A DNA stretch of 64,000 nt from a virus: IMG/VR virus record IMGVR_UViG_3300034418_008897, positions 16,525 through 80,524 of that record. One strand, 5' to 3'. Under the pieces are notes generated by a model, which was not told the DNA's origin, made no database searches, and saw only the letters and a program-made list of their open reading frames with translations. Of the stretch, positions 32,978 through 41,104 are shown in pieces. The stretch's first letter is position 1. Each line of letters begins with the position of its first letter. A program made the position numbers and the translations under genes.

Positions 32978-33565
32978 TTATAATGTATATAAAATATCAA
33001 ACTGATTAACTGTTTTCAATTTACAATCACTTTCATTTAGTATAAGATTTCCACAAAATGGATCAAAAGCTACAACAGTGCCTTTTTTATATTTTTTAGC
33101 TTCTGGACCACAAGAAATAACTTCACCTTTTTGAGTTAAAGCTGATCTTGGATCTTCTTTACTATCATCATAAATACCGTCTTTTACAAGACCTTCACCT
33201 ATAATCTTAACTAAAATTCTATCACCTGTTGGTTTTACTGTTTCTTCTGTCATATTTTCAAAATTACTTGTTACTTTGGCCACTATATCATGACCTCTAA
33301 TTATCTTACAGTATCCATCTGTAGTTGGAACTCCATAACCTGCAAACTGAGAAAAAATAATATTTTCTCCCTCTTTCAGTTCAGGACACTGGCTTTCTTC
33401 AGTTGCTTTATCTCCTAACTTTAAAGCACTACCGTAATAGTACTCAATATTACTTTTAGTAGCAACTGGACCAGAACCAATATAGATTTCTCCATTTAAA
33501 TTAGGTAATTCTGTTACTTCAGCTAAAACGTTAAACCCTTCTGGTTTAATTGTTAATTTCTCCAT
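32978..33565 (-). CDS. groES: Tandem (two-domain) GroES-like co-chaperonin
   Basis: IKPEGFNVL...LKEGENIIFSQFAG...HDIVA, then VKPTGDRILVK...GEVISCGP...GTVVAF. Confidence 0.75.
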   Translation of the reverse strand: MEKLTIKPEGFNVLAEVTELPNLNGEIYIGSGPVATKSNIEYYYGSALKLGDKATEESQCPELKEGENIIFSQFAGYGVPTTDGYCKIIRGHDIVAKVTSNFENMTEETVKPTGDRILVKIIGEGLVKDGIYDDSKEDPRSALTQKGEVISCGPEAKKYKKGTVVAFDPFCGNLILNESDCKLKTVNQFDILYTL

Positions 33566-33626
33566 ATTGACTTATTTACATATTATAGAAGTATATTAAC
33601 AATTAAAACATACAGTTTAAGGTAAA

Positions 33627-35900
33627 TTAATCATACATATATTTAGGGTTTTTAGGGTCTGTCATATCTATCCACCTAACCCCACCATGTCTATTGAAAG
33701 ATTGCGCATCATTTCTAATTTGGTTTTTAAAAGCTTTTTCTTCGCTGTTTTGGTTAGGAATAACACCGTATCTTTTTATTTTTTTACCATTAACATATTC
33801 AGAATAGTACCCAAATAATTGCAAACCTTCTGTTGCTTTTTCTGGTGGTTTAGCTTCTCTACCCATAAGATCTTCATCAGACAGCTCACATAATCCCATA
33901 GCAATAACAAAATCGTATTTTGTTCTGTCTTCTCTATTGTAATCTTGTAATTGCTCTAATAATTCAGGAAACCAAATAATATCGTAAAAATCATCTATAT
34001 AAGCCTTTATTTTTTGGTCCATATGGTCAATTATGGGACCAGCAGCTGTAGTACCTATAAGATTAGTATGTTTGTTTGGATCGGCATTTTGTAAATTAAT
34101 AGATGGCCTTTTCTTTAGTAAGTGATAGAAGCCTTGATCTCTAAACCAACTTACAATACCTATTTTAGTGTATTCTATATTTACTTCAGCATTAAAATAA
34201 TAAGCTAATTTTAAAGCATTGTCCCAATCATCTCTTACATTGTCGGATCTTTTGTTATATTTAGCCACATATATATTAGAAGTAGTTCTAAAATAACCTT
34301 TAGACAAAATCCTTTTCTTTACTAATATTGCTAATTCTGATCCTTTTCTATTATCTTTTGCATAAGATGAATCTGCTAAACCTTGGTCAATACTATCACA
34401 ACCAGCAACATATAAATTAGACATAGGTTCTTTTTCGTCGTCCGCCGCGTCTTCTGATAACCAGTGAGGGTGCTCTAAAATTTCTACATCCCCAACAGGG
34501 CTAGGGTTCCAGGTAACACCTATAATTTTACCGTTTTCAGCCCTTTGCCATTTTAAAAATCCTTTACCTGGTTTTGGGCAATCTGGGTTATGAGAAATAT
34601 TTATACGTTGAGTGGCTATTTTATCTTGGTTGAATATATTAGTACCTCTTCTAGTAAATACTTCTTTAATATTCATAGGGTATTCTTGCAGTAAACCAGA
34701 ATAAGTTTCAGGTTCATTTTTAGCTGCTTCTCTTTCTTTATTTACTTGCTCTGTAGCAAGTTCTACATCAGGGCAACCAGTTACTTCCCAAGTACCAGCT
34801 CTTTTAATATGAGTTGGGCAAAAGAAACCTGATTCTATTTCAAAGTCGTTAGTTTCTAAAATTTCATGGGCCCTAGGATTACAAAATATACCTTCAGCTT
34901 CGTCATTCTCTATAGTACCACCAGTACCAGAATAAAGCACTTGACATTTTTTAATACTACCCATTACATACCATGAACCACGACTTTCTCTTTTACAAGC
35001 CCCTAAAGACCCTTTTTGGTGGGAAGGCGGGAAAGCTGCAAACTCTTCTATTAATTGCTTAGTTGGACGCTTACCCCTTGTTTTACCGGCGTTTTTACCG
35101 TAGATGATTTTTTCATATTTACTTAAATGACCTCTATCTTCTGTAGTACCGTCGGGTAATTCTACCCTTTCTCCTGCATATTTCATATCAGAAGAGTCTG
35201 TAATAAGTTTTAATTTTAAAGGTCTATGTAAAGCTTCTATAGCATTTAACCCGGATTCTATTTTATTCCAAGCCTCGTTTGTTGTTTCTTCATTGGTAGA
35301 AGATACCAAGATATGGCTTTCAACCATAAGTCTAAACTCACGGTCTAATATACAGTTGTACATGAAAGATTTACCTACACCACGACCACCCATAATGGCC
35401 GCATCTTTATTGTTTAAATAAGCTTTCCAACAATAATCAAAGAAGTATCTATCTATATTACTGTATTGAGGGTGAGAGGTTGTAAAGTCTTCTGTTGGTT
35501 TTCCATCTATATAAATAGGAACAGGAAAAACAAAAATATTTAACCAGTAAACAAAAAATGGATTATAATATTCACCATCAATAAATACTCCATCGTAGCA
35601 GTAATCTATTAAAGGCTTATACCATTCTTCCATATCTAAGCTGTCTGGGTGAAAACTAGGTATATTTCTCCAAGCTGTTAATTCTTTAGGCAAAGGCCTG
35701 TACACTAAATAATCAGTTAATTTTATTTCTTCATGGCCGGTAGGAACACCAGTTAATCTTTTAGGGGCATTAGTAACTTCAAATTCGCCATTCCATATTC
35801 TACCGTGCTCATCCTTTCTAAGAAAATCTAAGTCAAAAGGGTCATACTCATTTTTTACTCCAAAAAGTTCTGGTATTTTATCTACATTAACTGTTTTCAT
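33627..35900 (-). CDS. terL: Terminase large subunit
   Basis: Walker A GGRGVGKS, Walker B LIEEFA, GTGG motif, nuclease YVAGCDSID and D.VIAMG. Confidence 0.92.
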   Translation of the reverse strand: MKTVNVDKIPELFGVKNEYDPFDLDFLRKDEHGRIWNGEFEVTNAPKRLTGVPTGHEEIKLTDYLVYRPLPKELTAWRNIPSFHPDSLDMEEWYKPLIDYCYDGVFIDGEYYNPFFVYWLNIFVFPVPIYIDGKPTEDFTTSHPQYSNIDRYFFDYCWKAYLNNKDAAIMGGRGVGKSFMYNCILDREFRLMVESHILVSSTNEETTNEAWNKIESGLNAIEALHRPLKLKLITDSSDMKYAGERVELPDGTTEDRGHLSKYEKIIYGKNAGKTRGKRPTKQLIEEFAAFPPSHQKGSLGACKRESRGSWYVMGSIKKCQVLYSGTGGTIENDEAEGIFCNPRAHEILETNDFEIESGFFCPTHIKRAGTWEVTGCPDVELATEQVNKEREAAKNEPETYSGLLQEYPMNIKEVFTRRGTNIFNQDKIATQRINISHNPDCPKPGKGFLKWQRAENGKIIGVTWNPSPVGDVEILEHPHWLSEDAADDEKEPMSNLYVAGCDSIDQGLADSSYAKDNRKGSELAILVKKRILSKGYFRTTSNIYVAKYNKRSDNVRDDWDNALKLAYYFNAEVNIEYTKIGIVSWFRDQGFYHLLKKRPSINLQNADPNKHTNLIGTTAAGPIIDHMDQKIKAYIDDFYDIIWFPELLEQLQDYNREDRTKYDFVIAMGLCELSDEDLMGREAKPPEKATEGLQLFGYYSEYVNGKKIKRYGVIPNQNSEEKAFKNQIRNDAQSFNRHGGVRWIDMTDPKNPKYMYD

Positions 35901-36498
35901 TGTCTCGTCTTCTTACTAAACTACCTCTTTCTATGAGTGACGAACCTTTATTACCCCTAACTCTACCGGAATTTTCCATCTTTTTAGCAGCGTTCATAAC
36001 ACTGATTTTCAATGTCATTAGTTTACCTATATTTTCCGCTAATTTAGATAATATGGTTTCATTAGAAGCGAAACTAACTACACCAGTAGATTCGTTAACA
36101 TTCCTAATTATTTCTATTTCTTCTTCTTCTAGTTTAGTACGGGCTTCATCTATCTTTTTATCGATAGCCAATACAGCTCTTTCAGCAGAAGTTTCGTTGA
36201 AAAAGTTGTAAGCATCAATAGCCGCGTCTATTAATTTTTGTTCTTCAGCTGTAAATTTATCTTTTTTACCGGCAAAAGCCCTAACCATAGCTTGTTCAGG
36301 CTTCATACGATAATCTAGATCCCTCATAATATTGTCTTCTGACAAATCACAACAATAATAGACATAAATTAACATACGGTTTCCTAAATCTTCTGATTTT
36401 TTCTTTTTCCCGTATGCTAATATATTGTTGAATTCTTCTATTAATACTATATTGGGATCTATACAAACTTTGCTGTTATGTACAGTAAACTTTAGCAT
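35887..36498 (-). CDS. Putative terminase small subunit
   Basis: Helical 203 aa, overlaps the terL start, C-terminal RVRG motif. Confidence 0.5.
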   Translation of the reverse strand: MLKFTVHNSKVCIDPNIVLIEEFNNILAYGKKKKSEDLGNRMLIYVYYCCDLSEDNIMRDLDYRMKPEQAMVRAFAGKKDKFTAEEQKLIDAAIDAYNFFNETSAERAVLAIDKKIDEARTKLEEEEIEIIRNVNESTGVVSFASNETILSKLAENIGKLMTLKISVMNAAKKMENSGRVRGNKGSSLIERGSLVRRRDNENS

Positions 36499-36719
36499 AA
36501 TTTTTCTAAATCTTTTGAGCTAAAAGTTCTCTCTTGATACAACCCATCTTTTGTAAACCAAAAACAAGTTATACCTAATAAAATAGGTTTTTTAATAGCA
36601 GTGTCCTCTTTTGTAGGGCGGATTTTGCTAATTTTTTGCACAACCATTGTAGGTTTATGCGGGAGATCTTGTTTTAATTGCACTAAGTCTCCTGTGTGGA
36701 AGTAAACGTGTAAACTCAT
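36492..36719 (-). CDS. YodC/DUF2158-like small protein
   Basis: F.TGDLVQLK..P.MVV...ITCFWF..DG...RTF...DL pattern. Confidence 0.65.
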   Translation of the reverse strand: MSLHVYFHTGDLVQLKQDLPHKPTMVVQKISKIRPTKEDTAIKKPILLGITCFWFTKDGLYQERTFSSKDLEKLC

Positions 36720-36783
36720 ATTATCTTATTTTCTTTATTTATAAAGATATTATAAGACAAATATTTTAAATTTTCAAGTTAAT

Positions 36784-36966
36784 CTAAATTTTATATTTAT
36801 CCCATTTACTATCTTCTTCCATCTGCGGTCTGTGTAATCTTGCAATAGTAGTCTCTTTATAAGTTTTGTGTAAAGGATCTTTTTTAATTTTAGGTTCTAC
36901 AATTTTTTTATTGTCATCGTAAACTTCAAATCCTTCGTCGCTGTCGTGTAGATCGTCTAAGTTCAT
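36784..36966 (-). CDS. Small protein starting with the scaffold-type LDDLH motif
   Basis: MNLDDLHDSD; directly follows the stop of 36968..38704. Confidence 0.55.
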   Translation of the reverse strand: MNLDDLHDSDEGFEVYDDNKKIVEPKIKKDPLHKTYKETTIARLHRPQMEEDSKWDKYKI

Positions 36967-36967
36967 T

Positions 36968-38704
36968 TTAATTTTGTTTTTGATAGATAATTTTACCGTT
37001 TTTTATTTGTTTTATTATATTACCTTTCGAGTCAAAAAAATCTATTACTCTAGAATCTGCCCCTAAAGTATTATCTAAAACTTCTTGCTCTCTAGATACA
37101 GGGTTTGTTCTTCTTGAAATATAGGGCTCAAATCCTTCTTCTATAGTAGTCTTTATAAATCTATCTTTATAATTAGAGTTAGTTTCTATGCTTTTTTTCA
37201 TTAAGTCTCTTGCTGATTTTTCCCTTAATCTAGTTGCTTCTTTTAATTGATTAAACTCATCTAAATTTCTAGGCATACCAAGGCGAACAGAGTTAAAACT
37301 TTGAGGTTTTTCAACAGAAAGAAGAGTTGGTTGTTTTGCTTTTTTAATTGGGTATTTTAAAGCCATTACAGCAACCGGGTCTATCATTACATCAGCGATG
37401 GTATTAGTAACAGGATTATTTATTCCTTTGCTTTGTAAATAAGAACTTGGAGTTAAATGTTTGTTATTTGTAAACGCAGACATCATCATGTTTTGAGGAA
37501 TGCTAAACATATCTAATAAAGTAGTATTATTAGATAATTCTATTTTTTCTGTACCAGGTTTATTATTTCTTAAATTATCTTCGTAAATTTTATTTTTAAC
37601 ATCTTCTTCTTGTGCAGGTATAGCATTTTTATTTAACTCTGCTGCACGTTTACCATCTGGATCTTTAATTGGAACATATCCGTTTGTTTTTCCAGGAATA
37701 TTAATCATCCAACCAAATGCACCTTTCTGGTACCTTACACCTGGTCTACTTGGGTAGGTGTAGGTAACTGGACTTGTGCCATTTTGGTATTTTTTAATGT
37801 ATAAAATTCCGCCTTTGCGAGCCATCATTATTTTATTTTTATTATTTGTATTAGCAATAGTATTAAAAATTTCTAATAAATCATTGTCATTAAATCTCTG
37901 CTCTAATTGTTCAAGTTGATTTCTCCCATTTATACCTTTCATTTTAGCTTTTATTTTTTCTAAAATTTCCGGGGTCATTGTTTCTGTATAAGGATCGAAA
38001 ATGTTATTATCTTTTGCAAATTGCAATATTGCATCTTTTCTAGCACTTATTTCTTCTAATCTACCTAAATAATTTAATTCCTTCAAGTTATTAATAATAT
38101 GTTGCTTGCCTTGGTCGGTTTTTAAAAAATCTTCATAAGGCATCGACATAAAGAAATTATTTTCTTGTTCATATTTTAATTTAGCGTTTTGTGCTAATTT
38201 TGTGTCTTTAAAAAGCTCATATGCTTTATAAGGATTATTGTAATCAAATATAATTGCTTTTGCTTCAGGCATTTTTTCTGGCGTTGCAATTTGCCACTTT
38301 TGGTAATCATATTTTGGGAATGTATGGCCAGTTTCATTACTATTAGACATATGTCTATATTCATGAGTTTTAACATAAGGATTATAATCTGGCATATTTG
38401 TAAACAAAGTAACATTTCTTTTACCTTCATAATAATTAGGGCTAGGATTAGCTTCCCCTAATACATTTGATAAAATAGGAGGTTCATTTGTTTCAAAATC
38501 ATTTAAATTTTTTAACCTTTCAGTTATTATTTCATCTGCTTTCAGTTGTAATTCTTCTTTATTTAAATTTGGAAAATCTTTACTTAAAGAATTCAGTAAT
38601 AATTCTTTGTGTTTAGGTGAATTAAACCAACCTTCTAAATATTCTTTTGAGTCGCTTGGGCTAACTAAAGTATTACCTTTTTGATATTTTTTTAATAATG
38701 CCAT
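36968..38704 (-). CDS. Tagged cargo protein with zincin-like HExxH domain; appears to be two fused units
   Basis: MALLKKYQKG; THEYRH...EEISAR; internal KGGILYIKKYQNG; shared ~45-aa module. Confidence 0.65.
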   Translation of the reverse strand: MALLKKYQKGNTLVSPSDSKEYLEGWFNSPKHKELLLNSLSKDFPNLNKEELQLKADEIITERLKNLNDFETNEPPILSNVLGEANPSPNYYEGKRNVTLFTNMPDYNPYVKTHEYRHMSNSNETGHTFPKYDYQKWQIATPEKMPEAKAIIFDYNNPYKAYELFKDTKLAQNAKLKYEQENNFFMSMPYEDFLKTDQGKQHIINNLKELNYLGRLEEISARKDAILQFAKDNNIFDPYTETMTPEILEKIKAKMKGINGRNQLEQLEQRFNDNDLLEIFNTIANTNNKNKIMMARKGGILYIKKYQNGTSPVTYTYPSRPGVRYQKGAFGWMINIPGKTNGYVPIKDPDGKRAAELNKNAIPAQEEDVKNKIYEDNLRNNKPGTEKIELSNNTTLLDMFSIPQNMMMSAFTNNKHLTPSSYLQSKGINNPVTNTIADVMIDPVAVMALKYPIKKAKQPTLLSVEKPQSFNSVRLGMPRNLDEFNQLKEATRLREKSARDLMKKSIETNSNYKDRFIKTTIEEGFEPYISRRTNPVSREQEVLDNTLGADSRVIDFFDSKGNIIKQIKNGKIIYQKQN

Positions 38705-38728
38705 ATTATTATATATATTATAAATATT

Positions 38729-38884
38729 TTATTTTTTCAAGTTATGTATAGAATCTATTATATAATTTAAACAAGTATCATTATATTTAACGTAATATTT
38801 AGCAAATTTTGTTAAGTTATTTATATTTTCCGGGCTAGCATCTGCCATATCCCCTTTTAAAACTTCAGGTAAATCAAAATTCAT
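38729..38884 (-). CDS. Small hypothetical protein (probable start MNFDL at 38884)
   Basis: ATG 1 nt after the stop of 38886..41102. Confidence 0.4.
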   Translation of the reverse strand: MNFDLPEVLKGDMADASPENINNLTKFAKYYVKYNDTCLNYIIDSIHNLKK

Positions 38885-38885
38885 A

Positions 38886-41102
38886 TTACTTATTTCCTTT
38901 GTTATAATTTTCAAGGTCTTTTTTTACTCTGTCCATATGTCTTTTTGCCATATAGCCTAGAGGAATACTTGTTGCGCCAAGCAAACCAGCAGCCCCCTTT
39001 ATAAACTTATTATTTGAAGCTTTATCCCAGTCTCTAAGCACATCCATTTGCTTTGTATTAGCTGCATTTTTAGTACCCAACATAGTTAATTTAGCTGTTG
39101 TTTTTTGATTATCTCCTAAAGTACCTGGAGAAAATTCTTCAATAGTTTCAATAAGCTTATTGCCTTTATGATCAAAAAATTCACCTGAATCGTTGTAATA
39201 TATTCTATTTTTCAAATCAAAAGGTTTACCACCTGTTAAAGAAGAAACTTCAAAATCTCTGACTTTATTAGGTAAGAATTTCATCTTTTTTAATGGTTGT
39301 AAATCCCATGTATCTGTAAAATCAATAAATTTTCTACCTTGCTCATCTACACCTTTTGTAATCCAACCATTACCATGCACACCACCAAAATTTAATTCTT
39401 TTTCAATTTCCATAGTACCAAATGATTTTTTAGGATTATCTATTATTTTTTGCAGTTTATTCTTCTCTAATTTAAAATCATTCAGCGCTAATGTATTATC
39501 TGCGTTTTTAGAGAAAGTATTAAACTCAGGTTCTAATCCGTTGTATAATCTCCAAGAATCAAATCTATTTTTAGTAGCGTAAGTTTTTGGCTTAAACTTC
39601 AAAGCTTTAGGTGTTATTACTTCTAATGGGGCTCCAGCTACTGTAAATAAATCATAACCTATAGGAGTTATAGATCTATTAACAATTTTACCTAACAAAT
39701 TATTTTTAGCTTGCTTTGTATAGGTTTTCATTATTTCTTTTTGTCTCTCAGGACTAAATCTAAAACCAAAACCTTCATATTTATTTGTAAATTGATTCCA
39801 TTTAGCATCATTATATTTTCTTTTTAAACCTTTTAAAAAATCACCTTTGGGGGCAACAATATCTTCTCCAAGATTAATTAAATCTTGTGGAGCTACATGA
39901 GAAGCTACTCCATGAATAAAATCTACCTTATTTACATTTATATTTTTAAGTTCTGGATTTAATTTTACTAAAGATTCATATACAACATTTAATTCAACTG
40001 GCTCTACAAGTCCTGCTTGAGATCTTCTAGCAAATTCATTTAATCTATTAACATCAACTCCTTCTGGTAAAACATAGTCATGCCCAAATTGAGGATTTAC
40101 AAGTTTTGATTTTTTAATAGAAGGTTCAAATTTTTTAGTAACAAAATTATAATAGGAATCAGAATTCTTTTTAATAGCATCCACTGCTCTATAATGTACA
40201 GGATCTATACCTACTTGAGTCTTAGCAGATTGTAAATTATATTTTGGAAATTTATATTCAAAATTAGGTGAGCCTGGTAGTTGTTTAGTAAAATTATTAG
40301 CTAATAAACCCCTAGCATCATCTGCATATTTACCTAATACTTTACCGCCTAATCTTACCACATCAGGAGCCTTGTATAATAATCCTGCAGGAGCTGTAAC
40401 TATACCCGGCAAAGAAGCTGCATTTAAAGTATTTGGTGTGTATCTACCTGATAAAGCATCTCCTAATGTAGTAGGTTGATCGGCATTAGTAGCATATTTC
40501 ATAACAAATGAACCTGGTATATCTGCAAAAGAAAGAGCATCAGCAGCATTTCCTAATTTTTGCATTACACCTTTAGGGTAGTAATATTTCGCTTCTTCAG
40601 CTGGAGTTAATCCTTTTATATCAGGTGTAAAAGTCGGTCCTTGCTTTCCTGTTAAATTTAAGAAGCTGTTAGCTGCGGATACTGCTCCACCTTTGGTTCT
40701 TGCCCACAATGAAGGCTCTATATATTTAGCATATTTAGAGTTAGGCATTGCTTTAGAAAGAATCTTAGCGTTAACTAAGTTATTCATTATAGACTCTCTA
40801 TCTGTAAGATCTATATTATTTTCTTTAGCATACTGCTCTATAACATAATTATTTCTATCATAATCATATCGATTGTGTATCCTTTGTTCAGCTTGCTCAG
40901 GAAAATTTCTTTCGTTTACATTAAATAAATTTTGTAGTCCTTTATTACCTTTGTTTAAGTAATTATCTTTTTCATTTATAAGGTAATCACGATAAGGATT
41001 TTTAGAATTATAATCATTATAATACCTAGTTAAAGGAGTTATAGATGTTTCCTTTAACGTCTTTCCTTTTTGGTATTTTCCTATTTTATTATATAACATC
41101 AT
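38886..41102 (-). CDS. Tagged cargo protein with unknown C-terminal domain
   Basis: MMLYNKIGKYQKG; Gly/Ala helical mid-region; DSWRLYNGL...DTWDLQP...GKPF domain; hydrophobic C-terminal helix. Confidence 0.6.
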   Translation of the reverse strand: MMLYNKIGKYQKGKTLKETSITPLTRYYNDYNSKNPYRDYLINEKDNYLNKGNKGLQNLFNVNERNFPEQAEQRIHNRYDYDRNNYVIEQYAKENNIDLTDRESIMNNLVNAKILSKAMPNSKYAKYIEPSLWARTKGGAVSAANSFLNLTGKQGPTFTPDIKGLTPAEEAKYYYPKGVMQKLGNAADALSFADIPGSFVMKYATNADQPTTLGDALSGRYTPNTLNAASLPGIVTAPAGLLYKAPDVVRLGGKVLGKYADDARGLLANNFTKQLPGSPNFEYKFPKYNLQSAKTQVGIDPVHYRAVDAIKKNSDSYYNFVTKKFEPSIKKSKLVNPQFGHDYVLPEGVDVNRLNEFARRSQAGLVEPVELNVVYESLVKLNPELKNINVNKVDFIHGVASHVAPQDLINLGEDIVAPKGDFLKGLKRKYNDAKWNQFTNKYEGFGFRFSPERQKEIMKTYTKQAKNNLLGKIVNRSITPIGYDLFTVAGAPLEVITPKALKFKPKTYATKNRFDSWRLYNGLEPEFNTFSKNADNTLALNDFKLEKNKLQKIIDNPKKSFGTMEIEKELNFGGVHGNGWITKGVDEQGRKFIDFTDTWDLQPLKKMKFLPNKVRDFEVSSLTGGKPFDLKNRIYYNDSGEFFDHKGNKLIETIEEFSPGTLGDNQKTTAKLTMLGTKNAANTKQMDVLRDWDKASNNKFIKGAAGLLGATSIPLGYMAKRHMDRVKKDLENYNKGNK

Positions 41103-41104
41103 TT

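Noticed and set aside
33627-35900. Intein or intron in terL
   Set aside because: Continuous ORF with ATPase and nuclease motifs and no intein splice motifs seen
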